From a virus: a DNA stretch of 64,000 nucleotides. Numbering within the stretch: position 1 is the stretch's first letter; each line of letters starts with the position of its first letter. The stretch spans positions 96,001-160,000 of the IMG/VR virus record IMGVR_UViG_3300035137_000026; one strand, given 5' to 3'. Both the position numbers and the translations under genes were made by a program. The notes beneath the pieces were generated by a model. That model made no database searches and was not told the DNA's origin. It saw only the letters and a program-made list of their open reading frames with translations. Shown here one piece after another: positions 30,601-39,468 of this stretch.

Positions 30601-31197
30601 CAGCCAGGCTTTGCTGCTGTGCGTTCAACGATCAATCCTGTTACTGAGGAAAGCCTATTTGTGGTCTATTCAGCCACAACACCTAGTGCTCCAGGCGAAT
30701 GGACCTTCGAGACTCAGGTAGATGGCTCCTGCTTGATAACCGTATACGTACATGCATCGGTCGACCCAACAGAGAGAGACCATACGGCCAGCTACAAATA
30801 TGCCGTGATTGATCCTGGCGTTGATATGGATGGTCTGTACTCTGTTGACTATGAGACTGGCACTATGCACTTTGCTACTGCTATTGAGCTATCTGGTAAT
30901 ATACAGTATGAAGTATCTGCTTATTCAGCCTTCTATAATATTGCTGAGATTGTGCCTGATGGCGACATCAAAGAGATTGATGAAGAAGGTATGAAGATTA
31001 CACTGAGTACTGCTTTGGGTATGAGATTCCTGAAGATGACTACAGCTATGAAGGCTCGGCCTGCCTATGCCAAAGTGGTCTATGACTACTACAAGAAGTC
31101 TACTGAGTCTCTAGCAGATTTAGAACCATACTTCTCACCAATCTGTAAAGACATCGCATTGAAGGCTGTAACGGTGAGCACGATAGAGGAGTTATAA
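27613..31197 (+). CDS. Large virion structural protein with a discoidin-like domain
   Basis: 1194 aa; helical N-terminus, then EAIGDSEPNTWYEY...LTITLDKISVINHIHI. Confidence 0.5.
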   Translation: MPNKHLSRPPTEVMRARLKVLLENVNYLYTAKETVLEEDLVNAYHTAMKLFLTSLDGSICGAVAKILKGSPADPFHYNVFTSSINKDLEALYSEAGALDKLIVSNFNSVIAEREQVLQVSRRVSDKLGTYLLYADPTLGGGYFFGDSFNSAEKIEVGSDLLDTDECFIGQNEGVILLPLDGDPDAPRIKSYTINKPSNGSAGNNYETDVLGKDEIEAIGDSEPNTWYEYERVTAYESDTPLVFDLTITLDKISVINHIHINPINFGTPSPVSIVTLETSKDGLEYVSVKDEVPIKDFVSEEEDNVFDLSPATAKYAGQGFYSFLPRKAQFVHVVLEQYTPYAINTIDGSLLRYAIGIRDINILGRRFKTEGSLISVPVNIGEEARKIALWASENPVEVSMLSDITHAISENDGATWRPIQPQRRSGFDVPEVIDYNTIAKGAIETDIAVKTLRHKISMTRNTDAFSGNVTLKEEKETNIDVLNVPTGGDFSFTTTQPPIRETVRVILPFYGSFSCPTAAYGPSIVGQSQPMDLDFLEFNVDVPAIGTLRYKLPFKNIPNLPEHIRVFVNGEQIEYCSKSDEGIGSVSGTQSFTSYDVVDENSKVYFLNKGGAEIQFGWTDAAGILRGFLPPTGAKIEVCLDGDNPRLELTDAGYVLLLAGSSDGFKENVSLISMNNLSDEEAVDVAIEIPAGRDKVEISSSQPVNTSALSSKKRLKFPAKAGYKTMYDSTQVTRTLSPINIPQSRLLVDSSSDPVEEELDQGMQTIVLEAEDGMLPPVFLEDMDTWQIVEYDIDTGEPLISGLQFTNKVEYIDGRQELMTWSGTEWESDPSAYSFDAYSGRVYTGSLPYTDRKTMFHCKALSVTVVPPDKWEYYKTSVHGRMNTQKIVINPEYVVTHTRIMAVDGTSTPVQSVELIGEQDKGHDWFKQKLVKGTVVMDDSLFPESVKRKEVPYIDGYTELHDTVQIENEEIVFTPIGGNLYTYTLELISDSQAIVGQPGFAAVRSTINPVTEESLFVVYSATTPSAPGEWTFETQVDGSCLITVYVHASVDPTERDHTASYKYAVIDPGVDMDGLYSVDYETGTMHFATAIELSGNIQYEVSAYSAFYNIAEIVPDGDIKEIDEEGMKITLSTALGMRFLKMTTAMKARPAYAKVVYDYYKKSTESLADLEPYFSPICKDIALKAVTVSTIEEL

Positions 31198-33377
31198 TGG
31201 CATCGCTAGCTACAACATACAAAGAGTACATTCTAGAGCAGTTAATGCTTAAGTATCTATATGATGGTGAGATTCCCACATCAGACGACATCGAGGATGA
31301 TCTAGAAACCTATATGGAAGTTCATCCTGACATGGACGAACCAGCCTCAAAGAGATTTGACTGGTCCGTCAAGCCCGGAGAGAACTCAAGAGCTAGTAAG
31401 ATCCAAGATATCGCTCATTATGTATCCCAGGATGTAGGTGTTGTAACAAGAGAATTCTATCGGATTGCCGAGGTGTCAAGTCGGTTCTATGATCGCTGGT
31501 CTTCTGAGATGAAGCGTCTGAGTGGTTTTGCTCGTAAGCTCGAGCAGAGAGCTGACTCTCTATTGTTGCTGGCGGGTGATACTACAGGATTCTTTGCATA
31601 TGTTGGCGATGTGTTTGCTGACATGTCGAAGGTGGACACAGAGCTAACTGATGCTCGAGTAGACCTACATGAGACGGCGGTCACCATCAACCCATCACAC
31701 GACGAGCTTACAGGACAGGGAGCCCTACTAGACCTGGGGGACATGACAGAGAACGATGTGTCCTTTACGCCCTTGTCCCAGCATCCAGGCATTGCATACA
31801 TGACAACAGGCGACGGCAACATGCTGTCTAATATCTTTGAGACAAATAGCTCCACCTGGGTCGGCCGGGTGGTGTCTGACAGTGCTGGTGATATGGTATG
31901 CGAGCTAAAGGCAAGACTGTCTAATAATACAGATCTGGAGGTCTCTCGTATTGCAGTTGAATTTGTCGGCCCGTTGGGAACAACAAGCTCTACGGTAACA
32001 TGCCTCTATTCTGAGGACGGTTACGTTTGGAACTTAGTTCCTTCTGTAAATGCCACCAAGACCCTAGAGCGTAATATGTCCTGGATCTTCTCTCTAACTA
32101 CCATGAGATGGGTCAAGTTCATATTTCGGAAGACAGCTCCGGACAACGTGGACAACGAGTATATTTTCTCTATTTCCTATGTCAGAATCTATGGTAATGA
32201 TTACGATTCAGATGTGGGTAACACCTTCTACTCAACAGCTATGCAGGCTCTCGATGCAGAGAGCAATCCAATCCTCTTCTCTCTGGTAGCGCTCAATACA
32301 TGTCAAGAGACTCCAGCAAATACAGGAATCACTTACTACTTGTCTGCATCAAGGGATGGAGATATCTGGACTGACTGGATGGGTATTAGCCACTCGGAAG
32401 CTGATGAGGTGTTGTATCCTAAGATTATTAATCTAAGTGGTGCCAACTGGAAGGACAATACAGAGTTTGACGACATCACACTCCTTAATGACACAGTTAC
32501 GGCTAGCAGCGTGGCTCAAATGCAGCTGACTAATGAATTCAGCAACACCACGCTTGACCTTCTTGGTTATAAGTTCAAGAATACTTCCTTTGGTGTTGTC
32601 AACACAGCCATCACGGTGAGCGAAGGTGAGGATCCAGATCTGATTGGTAACAGTGTAGTCGTCTGGCGTAATGTTCGATACCGTCCAGACACAGACTATC
32701 CAGATACCCTGACCGTTCGAAGTAACCCACGGGGATGGGGTATTAATGGCAGTGACTACGTCTGCTATTTTGAAGTGGTAGACTCTGATGGAATCATCCT
32801 TGATTTCGGTGAGCGTACATGCACGATTGACGGTGCCCCATATAGTGGCGTCGTTCAGGTCGATTCTGGTATTCACAAGTTCACAACCCAAGCAGAAAAT
32901 TGGTTTGACATCGCAGATAATATTACGGATGGAGGCTATGCTTCACCTAGCCACGTAGGCTCAACAGAAGAGCTAGAAGCCCTTGATCCTCTGTATCCGT
33001 ATAACCACAAACTAATTATTGAAGGATTCCCGTATGTTACTGGATTCCAGGGCGAGAAAGCCTACACAGGAACAGATATATCTGCAGAGTTCTATGCAAC
33101 TCGTACTAGCTTATTTGACTTAGAAAACAACCATGATACCTACGGATACTTCTCCGTCAGGAGGGTAGGCTCAGAGAGCAGCCCCACTCTAGCCGTAATT
33201 ATGCATTACGATGCCAGCAATCCTGACTATGCCAATGAATTAAATGTAGTTAAGTGGCGCTCCGGAGCAAGCGACACCACTATGTATAAGTATGCTAAAC
33301 TTAAAGCAGTTCTTTGGACCAACGATGCTGGTGTTACACCATCATTGACATCCTACAGGCTGAAGCTGGGGATGTAG
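31197..33377 (+). CDS. Virion structural protein with a discoidin-like domain
   Basis: 726 aa; NMLSNIFETNSSTW...; ends TPSLTSYRLKLG, similar to the end of the 661-aa protein. Confidence 0.5.
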   Translation: MASLATTYKEYILEQLMLKYLYDGEIPTSDDIEDDLETYMEVHPDMDEPASKRFDWSVKPGENSRASKIQDIAHYVSQDVGVVTREFYRIAEVSSRFYDRWSSEMKRLSGFARKLEQRADSLLLLAGDTTGFFAYVGDVFADMSKVDTELTDARVDLHETAVTINPSHDELTGQGALLDLGDMTENDVSFTPLSQHPGIAYMTTGDGNMLSNIFETNSSTWVGRVVSDSAGDMVCELKARLSNNTDLEVSRIAVEFVGPLGTTSSTVTCLYSEDGYVWNLVPSVNATKTLERNMSWIFSLTTMRWVKFIFRKTAPDNVDNEYIFSISYVRIYGNDYDSDVGNTFYSTAMQALDAESNPILFSLVALNTCQETPANTGITYYLSASRDGDIWTDWMGISHSEADEVLYPKIINLSGANWKDNTEFDDITLLNDTVTASSVAQMQLTNEFSNTTLDLLGYKFKNTSFGVVNTAITVSEGEDPDLIGNSVVVWRNVRYRPDTDYPDTLTVRSNPRGWGINGSDYVCYFEVVDSDGIILDFGERTCTIDGAPYSGVVQVDSGIHKFTTQAENWFDIADNITDGGYASPSHVGSTEELEALDPLYPYNHKLIIEGFPYVTGFQGEKAYTGTDISAEFYATRTSLFDLENNHDTYGYFSVRRVGSESSPTLAVIMHYDASNPDYANELNVVKWRSGASDTTMYKYAKLKAVLWTNDAGVTPSLTSYRLKLGM

Positions 33378-33389
33378 TCAGTATTAGGG

Positions 33390-33395
33390 TATAAT
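33390..33395 (+). promoter_or_regulatory. Isolated TATAAT -10 box before the 479-aa gene
   Basis: Exact TATAAT in a 35-nt intergenic gap, followed by RBS GGAGG; no recognisable -35. Confidence 0.25.
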
Positions 33396-33412
33396 AGATT
33401 CGGAGGCTTGTA

Positions 33413-34852
33413 ATGACAACGACATATGGATTCAACTGGTCGTGGGTGAGCAATACTGATGCAACTTTGAATAAATCAGGTGTGGTGTACCAAGGCGGCG
33501 GGACAATCTATGCATTTCGCCAGCCCTCTGGCGGAGCAATTAGCTCAGCTGATCTTACTGCATTTGGCAAGTCGGTAGGACAGAATCTACAGAAGGTTCA
33601 CAGTGATTGGCGGACATACATTCGCCCAATTCTGAATTCCCTACCAGCAGGCAACGCTGACACACGATGGAGTACAGAGATTGGCAAGGGACTGCCCAGT
33701 AAGATTGACTGTTTTGCTTATGGTGTCCAGGGAACAACACTATTTGTGTTCAATGATGCTACTAGCAGCAAAGCAGATGGTAGATACTGGGACTCTACAG
33801 AGTATCGTCCCAAGACTATCGCAGAAGCCTTCGAAGATGTCTACCAGGCGCTCTCAGAGATTGAGACAACGTTAGATGACGATACTACGGTAGATTTAGA
33901 CCCACTGTGGGCTGCTATCGGTGAGGCCTATCGAGATACTGATAGGGCCACAACAGTAGGAAGCCTGGATAGTCGTGTTGGTACACTTGAGACGTATATC
34001 TCACAGCTAAACGACGACATCTATGAGCCTACAACATACCCTTACCAGATCGGGACTCCTCTACCATATAGCATTGCTACAATGCTCAATGAGCTGTTGG
34101 TTCTTCATAACTCAGGTGGTTGGGGAGCAGATCCGAGTGATGTGAGTCATGCTGGCATTATGCCTAGTGCACATACGCACGCATTCGATGAGGTGCTTCC
34201 TCCTCCAGCGCCGGCCAACACCCAAGGCCGCTCTGGTTCCTATACAACACTAGAGAATGAGGTCCTTAGACTACGATGGGAAATTCAACGTACTCGAGGC
34301 TCTACAAGTTGGTACTCGGACGTTACCTACCCTTATGGTGGAGTGGCCGACCTTAAGAACCACATCTTGGCTGTAGGCAGCGGTACACCATCAGCCAGCA
34401 ACCCACATGGTCAGAACTACATCGACATGGGAGTTGACACTTACCTGGATGCAATTGTTTCTTTTACGGGGATGTCTAACTACACAGACTCGAACCCCAC
34501 TTACACAAGTACCAACTATATTACACAGAGTGACTCTCTACAGGATGCTGTTAGCGATCTGGATGCAGCATTATACTCAGCCCTCGGTACAGCGGTCGTT
34601 CGCATGGACTATGGTCCATATGATCGCTCTGGACTCTCAGAGACTGAGAGAATGCAGAATCCTATTGTTGTAAGCCATAGCTTCAGCCGTAAGCCTGTGA
34701 TCAACGTGATCGACGCCGCACCGGAGGATGGTGCCGACTATTGGGGCATGTACAGCTCTCCTGACTACGACGTGGAAATTGACTATCCAAATAACGACAC
34801 ATTCAGAGTATGGACCGATGCAGCCATCGTTGAGATAATTGCATTCTTCTAG
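33413..34852 (+). CDS. Virion structural / fibre-associated protein
   Basis: 479 aa with heptad-like segments (LDSRVGTLETYISQL; LQDAVSDLDAAL). Confidence 0.5.
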   Translation: MTTTYGFNWSWVSNTDATLNKSGVVYQGGGTIYAFRQPSGGAISSADLTAFGKSVGQNLQKVHSDWRTYIRPILNSLPAGNADTRWSTEIGKGLPSKIDCFAYGVQGTTLFVFNDATSSKADGRYWDSTEYRPKTIAEAFEDVYQALSEIETTLDDDTTVDLDPLWAAIGEAYRDTDRATTVGSLDSRVGTLETYISQLNDDIYEPTTYPYQIGTPLPYSIATMLNELLVLHNSGGWGADPSDVSHAGIMPSAHTHAFDEVLPPPAPANTQGRSGSYTTLENEVLRLRWEIQRTRGSTSWYSDVTYPYGGVADLKNHILAVGSGTPSASNPHGQNYIDMGVDTYLDAIVSFTGMSNYTDSNPTYTSTNYITQSDSLQDAVSDLDAALYSALGTAVVRMDYGPYDRSGLSETERMQNPIVVSHSFSRKPVINVIDAAPEDGADYWGMYSSPDYDVEIDYPNNDTFRVWTDAAIVEIIAFF

Positions 34853-34863
34853 GAGGGGTTTGA

Positions 34864-36783
34864 ATGGCAGGAACAAGGCTAGATAGATCTAATAGAGGCA
34901 AGGTGTCGTTTGGCACTGGTGCTCCTAGTTCATCTACTAGAGGCAATATTTATCTAGATGAGTCGAGTGGACTCTTGTATGTGAAGTCTGGGTCAACCTG
35001 GTACGTCTGTGGTGATAAGCTGTGGAACCTCGATGGCGGTAACATCGTTAATCGGAATAATTATCCACTTAAAATAACAGCTAGCGACGACTCTGAATTT
35101 ACTCTTAGCTCTAACAGCTCCTCAGATACTAGACTCACATTGGGGTCGGTTAATGCCGGCTCTGGTAGTGCTGAGCTATATATTGGTGGGTCTGAGACAG
35201 ATGAGCTTAACATCTCTGCCGTGACCTTCTTTATGCTTGGCTCCAATTCTTCGTATCTAGGAGTCAATGACGTAACGGTTTCAGATCTAACACTTACTGT
35301 AGACTGTTCAAACAACGGTGCTGGAGATGCACACGTTAAGATTGCAGGAGACAATAGTGTATCCTTGTGGACTGGCGAAAGCGATGGCTCGACAATTGCA
35401 CTATATGTCTCTGAGGTAGGAGCCGTTGGTATTGGAGCCGATCCGGGAAACTACGGAGTGGAGAGAGGTAGCCTAATTGTTGGCGATCTTACCTCGGGAA
35501 TGGCTGGGGCTGCCCTAAACATATGCGATATTACAAGCGTAGGAAATGTCAGCACATTCCGCCGAGATAGCAATACACTCAAGATCAACGAATATACCGC
35601 AACGACTGTAACAGAGTGGTATGACGGTGACTTCCCTAGCACAAGTCTTATCTATCGGCTGGATGGATCTGGTCATCACCATGCGGTTGACGGAACTACC
35701 AACCTACCTGCTTACAGTTTCATAAACAATGTAACAGCTGGGATGTATTACAACGACACTGATACTAGGTTAGAATGGAGTATTTCAACCAACCTGTTGA
35801 TGTATCTTAATTACAATGACGGACTAAGAGTGACGCTTGGTAACGGAACGGTTAACTTTTTGATTTCTGGAAACCAGATCTTTGACTGTAGTCTTACTGA
35901 AGTTGTTGTTAATAATGGCGGGCTTGATTCAGTAGACCTCCGTGTCGAGAGTGATAATTACAACAATATGCTGCGTGTAAATGCAGAATATGACCTCGTA
36001 GCCATCAGTAAGGATGGCGGTTGGACTACTGGCGGCCCCGCCGATGCGGCTCTAAATATATGCGACCACACAATGTTGCTAGGAGATGTAATCTACGACG
36101 TAGATTTTACAGATGCTACTTACTCAACTATTTCTCGTGTTCGTGCTCTAAGCATTAAGATGATTCCAACCGGTCTTAACGCCGGGGAAGATGCCCTGAC
36201 CAACTATACATTTGGTAATGGTACCTGGTTGACGGATTGTGGACCCACAGGAACGTGGACATATTCTTCCGGCTGGGTTATTCCCGGACAGACAGGTCGT
36301 GATATTGGATGTGCCCTAATCTTCCCTCTGATTCGCACTGGTAACTGGGAGTTTAAGGTTACATTTAGTACAGTTGCTCACACCGCATCTGATGAGACAC
36401 ACATCTCTCTTGGTGTAATATCTGTCGGTAACTTTACACCATTCCATACAGTTGCGGTATGTACATCAGCTGGAATTGCTGCTCCGCAGTTCTGTACATC
36501 CAACGGCAATGGTGGCTTTAATATGCAGCAGTCGGCTGGGTCGGCTGGCAGTTTGCCAGGCACCTTCTCGCTAGGTATACGGTATGAAAATGGCTGCTTC
36601 TTCCAATGGAATAACACTACTGGATCATGGCACACAACTGCATGGTCTGGTGTATTTGGAACTTCAGGAGGATGGTCTCAGTTTGGTATCGATCATCTTT
36701 ACTTCCTTGCAAGCAGCGAGGATGTGCTACAGTCCTCAAAAGATGTAACAGTAACAAACGTATACTTCGAATATCTAAACTAA
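34864..36783 (+). CDS. Tail fibre / receptor-binding protein
   Basis: 639 aa; N-terminal FGTGAPSS...GNIYLDESSGLLYVK, fibre repeat DGTTNLPAYSF...GMY, and a beta-sandwich C-terminus. Confidence 0.65.
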   Translation: MAGTRLDRSNRGKVSFGTGAPSSSTRGNIYLDESSGLLYVKSGSTWYVCGDKLWNLDGGNIVNRNNYPLKITASDDSEFTLSSNSSSDTRLTLGSVNAGSGSAELYIGGSETDELNISAVTFFMLGSNSSYLGVNDVTVSDLTLTVDCSNNGAGDAHVKIAGDNSVSLWTGESDGSTIALYVSEVGAVGIGADPGNYGVERGSLIVGDLTSGMAGAALNICDITSVGNVSTFRRDSNTLKINEYTATTVTEWYDGDFPSTSLIYRLDGSGHHHAVDGTTNLPAYSFINNVTAGMYYNDTDTRLEWSISTNLLMYLNYNDGLRVTLGNGTVNFLISGNQIFDCSLTEVVVNNGGLDSVDLRVESDNYNNMLRVNAEYDLVAISKDGGWTTGGPADAALNICDHTMLLGDVIYDVDFTDATYSTISRVRALSIKMIPTGLNAGEDALTNYTFGNGTWLTDCGPTGTWTYSSGWVIPGQTGRDIGCALIFPLIRTGNWEFKVTFSTVAHTASDETHISLGVISVGNFTPFHTVAVCTSAGIAAPQFCTSNGNGGFNMQQSAGSAGSLPGTFSLGIRYENGCFFQWNNTTGSWHTTAWSGVFGTSGGWSQFGIDHLYFLASSEDVLQSSKDVTVTNVYFEYLN

Positions 36784-36794
36784 GGAACTTCACT

Positions 36795-37148
36795 ATGTAT
36801 AATAAGTTTAGACAAGGGGTTATCGGCTGTATTAGGAAACCTACTCTTAAGGAACTTCGCCGGTCACTTGAGGCAGGTACTCGAGAAAAGATTGTCGATA
36901 AGCTTCGCAACACAGACCCTGTTGATGTGATTGTGGTCAGTAGTGATGAAGACAAAATCGATCTAAAACTTCAGAGAGAGCAGGAAGAAGCTGAAGAAAA
37001 TGCTTGTATTGAGTCGCTTGTAGAAGAAGTATATGGTGGTCTACTGGTGGCAGAGATCTCCGTCGAGGAGATTCCCACCAAGAAACCTAAGCGTAAGAAG
37101 AGAACTACAAAGAAGAGAGTTACGAAGAAGACTACTGAAGCTTCCTAG
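36795..37148 (+). CDS. Hypothetical protein with an acidic middle and a Lys/Arg-rich tail (117 aa)
   Basis: Start moved to MYNKFRQG at 36795 (RBS AAGGA), because the longer ORF overlaps the fibre gene; tail is KKPKRKKRTTKKRVTKK. Confidence 0.55.
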   Translation: MYNKFRQGVIGCIRKPTLKELRRSLEAGTREKIVDKLRNTDPVDVIVVSSDEDKIDLKLQREQEEAEENACIESLVEEVYGGLLVAEISVEEIPTKKPKRKKRTTKKRVTKKTTEAS

Positions 37149-37344
37149 CTAATTCCAACAGCTCCCGAGTCTCGGCCTCGAGCTGCTCTACGAGTTGTGT
37201 CAATTCCTCAATCCTATTCTGTCCAAGCACATTCAGTCTGTTTAGCTGGTTAATGCTCCCGCCTCCTTGGACGAGGACGGCAAGTTGTCTTACGGTAGTC
37301 TCTAGATCGTCTAGTCGCTTACGTTCTGTGGTAGTTAGCGCCAT
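37132..37344 (-). CDS. Small coiled-coil protein
   Basis: 70 aa heptad pattern; RBS AGGAG; last gene of the - strand run. Confidence 0.55.
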   Translation of the reverse strand: MALTTTERKRLDDLETTVRQLAVLVQGGGSINQLNRLNVLGQNRIEELTQLVEQLEAETRELLELARKLQ

Positions 37345-37919
37345 TAGTCTGTTCTCCTAAAGGTAGTATGTATCAACATATTGCCACGGTGGTTATCTTT
37401 AATGTGCTCGCTAGTGTATTCAGGGTGGTCTGCTAGAAACTTATCTACTGCTCGTCTGACGCCTCTAAGGAAATCATAGTCATCAACTAAAATCCACTCA
37501 CATACCTTATGTGATATTTCCATGTCATGAAGGCAGCCTTTGTAGGAATGGTCGCCATCAATATGTATAAAATCATATTTGCCACCATATAGTTCGTTAT
37601 TCCTTTGGCTGTCAAATAATACCAAGTTCACATTGAATTCCCTAAGGATTTTAGGTGCTAGGTCGGTAAAGAGTCCACTGACTCCCCCGTGAGCATTTCC
37701 GTTGTTGTCTAGGCCTATAAACTCAGCCTGATGACATGCACTTAGGAAAGCAAAAGCAGAGTATCCAGCTCGCACACCGATTTCACATATACGCTTGGGT
37801 TTCAAACGCTTGGCAATGGCGTGCTTGTTTCTGTAATAGTGTTCTACTTTAGGGTTTGTAGGGAAAGACTTTCTTTCGCCGTCCCACCACATTTCAGCCA
37901 ATTCATTCCACCAATCCAT
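37344..37919 (-). CDS. Class I SAM-dependent methyltransferase (Methyltransf_24-like)
   Basis: ICEIGVRAGYS, FIGLD, YDFIHIDGDHSY, ILVDDY; start moved to MDWW at 37919 (RBS AAGGA). Confidence 0.8.
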   Translation of the reverse strand: MDWWNELAEMWWDGERKSFPTNPKVEHYYRNKHAIAKRLKPKRICEIGVRAGYSAFAFLSACHQAEFIGLDNNGNAHGGVSGLFTDLAPKILREFNVNLVLFDSQRNNELYGGKYDFIHIDGDHSYKGCLHDMEISHKVCEWILVDDYDFLRGVRRAVDKFLADHPEYTSEHIKDNHRGNMLIHTTFRRTD

Positions 37920-37929
37920 TATGTTTTCC

Positions 37930-38745
37930 TTACCACCATGAGAGGTTAACATACCCAACCTGTTCAAGTAGTTCTTTTAGTTCGTCATCCTGGTGCAGGC
38001 ACTCATACTCTACTCCGAGTATCCGCTTCATGCCAGTAACATCTCCTGATAGTATCATGTTCTTGGCTTCATTAAAACCTTCCACCCCACGTTCTCTCTT
38101 GCATAGTAGAGTGCCATCCTCAGTAAGCCCAATTGGCCTCCAATCGTAGACGAAATCTAGGCCAGGCTTCCTCAGTTTAAGCCCACAGTACTTAAATAGG
38201 TCGCTTGCCAAGTTAATCCGACCCTCTAGCTCTTTGGCTGCATCTGTATCAACAGGGAATAGAAATCGGTTTTTGCAGGGTATTTTTAAGATATCTTTAA
38301 AGCGTGCAGCAACAGTTTGTGCTCTGTCTTCTCGTATTGCTTGGTCTTCGTGCTGATAGTGTACCTTATACCTTGCATAGGTTCTCCAGATTAGGGTGTT
38401 AAGAGAAAGCATCGGATCTCGCATCGAAATTACTACTGGTATTTGGGATCTTTTGGTTTGTAGAGTAGTTACTAAGGGTGAACCAGGAGTGTCATGGTGA
38501 CCATGCACCAGGATAACATCTTTCCCAGCTTTTTCTTCTGGAGTTAGGAAACTTAAAGCTGTTTTCTGAATCCATGACTGGTCTACTACAGTACAGGGAT
38601 TGTTCTCGAGCGAGAGTTTTCTGCCTCGGTTTTCCATAAATCTCTCGCCTTTCCAAAAGAATTTGTCTGGCGGATAGTTACTTTGGATTAGTCGACACAT
38701 AAACGTACCACCAGTGTGTGTGACGGTGTAGGCTATGGCTATCAT
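37930..38745 (-). CDS. Sulfotransferase-like P-loop protein
   Basis: YTVTHTGGTF (5'-PSB-like) and VVISMRDPMLS (3'-PB-like); paralogue of 39469-40314. Confidence 0.6.
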   Translation of the reverse strand: MIAIAYTVTHTGGTFMCRLIQSNYPPDKFFWKGERFMENRGRKLSLENNPCTVVDQSWIQKTALSFLTPEEKAGKDVILVHGHHDTPGSPLVTTLQTKRSQIPVVISMRDPMLSLNTLIWRTYARYKVHYQHEDQAIREDRAQTVAARFKDILKIPCKNRFLFPVDTDAAKELEGRINLASDLFKYCGLKLRKPGLDFVYDWRPIGLTEDGTLLCKRERGVEGFNEAKNMILSGDVTGMKRILGVEYECLHQDDELKELLEQVGYVNLSWW

Positions 38746-39467
38746 GTGGTTTCTGCTCCTTTAATTTTACTGGTCAGCTGGTCGTATGATTGTTTGGCGT
38801 AGTGCTCCCATCCTGTCCAGACGATACCATTCTTGTCCTGCCCACAATAATTCTGTGGTTCTTTTGCATCACAAGCAGTAAGCTCCATTTGTACAGTGGG
38901 CCAGCCAAGTATATGAGCAGCTTTTCGTGTGAAGTTAGCTAGCCTTTTGATTATGGTTCTGTCTTGTGCCCGAGAACACTCATAGCGAACCATGATCTTC
39001 TTGACATGGGAACCCCAGTTTTCGTTGACTCTCTTATCCATTTCAGCCAACATGTTTTCTAACTCTTTTGGATTTGGGCGCTTTATTCTCTTGGCCACGC
39101 CGAACTTTACCAGAAATCCTCCCTTAAGACGGAAGGCATATCTCACCCCGTCACCCAGGTCATAGTACTGACTGGTGGCCTCGTGGAATGGGGACCATAA
39201 GAAAGTATCAATCTTCCTGGGTATTTTATAAGCAACTGGCCTCATCATCTTTAGCTGATCCGGGGACAGTTTGTCTGCATAAGGCATCGTGAATTTTTTG
39301 CCTGGCACAAACTTTTTGAGAAATAACTCTAGACCTGCTCCCATGGCGGTGTAGGTGTCGGGCGTCTTAGTGCTAATACAATCACACATGCTAAAGCGTT
39401 TGATGTGACCTAGGGTAGAACGTTGACGACCCTTAACAGCTAACTGGATAAGTTCCTCGTTAGTCAT
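38742..39467 (-). CDS. Hypothetical protein, possibly a degenerate SGNH/GDSL fold
   Basis: FSMCDCIS near the N-terminus and WEHYAKQSY near the C-terminus loosely resemble GDSL blocks I and V. Confidence 0.3.
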   Translation of the reverse strand: MTNEELIQLAVKGRQRSTLGHIKRFSMCDCISTKTPDTYTAMGAGLELFLKKFVPGKKFTMPYADKLSPDQLKMMRPVAYKIPRKIDTFLWSPFHEATSQYYDLGDGVRYAFRLKGGFLVKFGVAKRIKRPNPKELENMLAEMDKRVNENWGSHVKKIMVRYECSRAQDRTIIKRLANFTRKAAHILGWPTVQMELTACDAKEPQNYCGQDKNGIVWTGWEHYAKQSYDQLTSKIKGAETT

Positions 39468-39468
39468 G

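Noticed and set aside
34864-36783. Diversity-generating retroelement target in the fibre C-terminus
   Set aside because: No reverse transcriptase and no template/variable repeat pair was visible in the window.
36797-36803. TATAAT box upstream of the basic-tail gene
   Set aside because: It is simply the codons after the start (ATG TAT AAT) of the 36795 ORF.
37159-37185. Hairpin (CAGCTC...GAGCTG with inner CCGAG/CTCGG) near the convergence of the two modules, as a bidirectional terminator
   Set aside because: It lies within the 70-aa coding sequence, has no U-tract on either side and pairs imperfectly.
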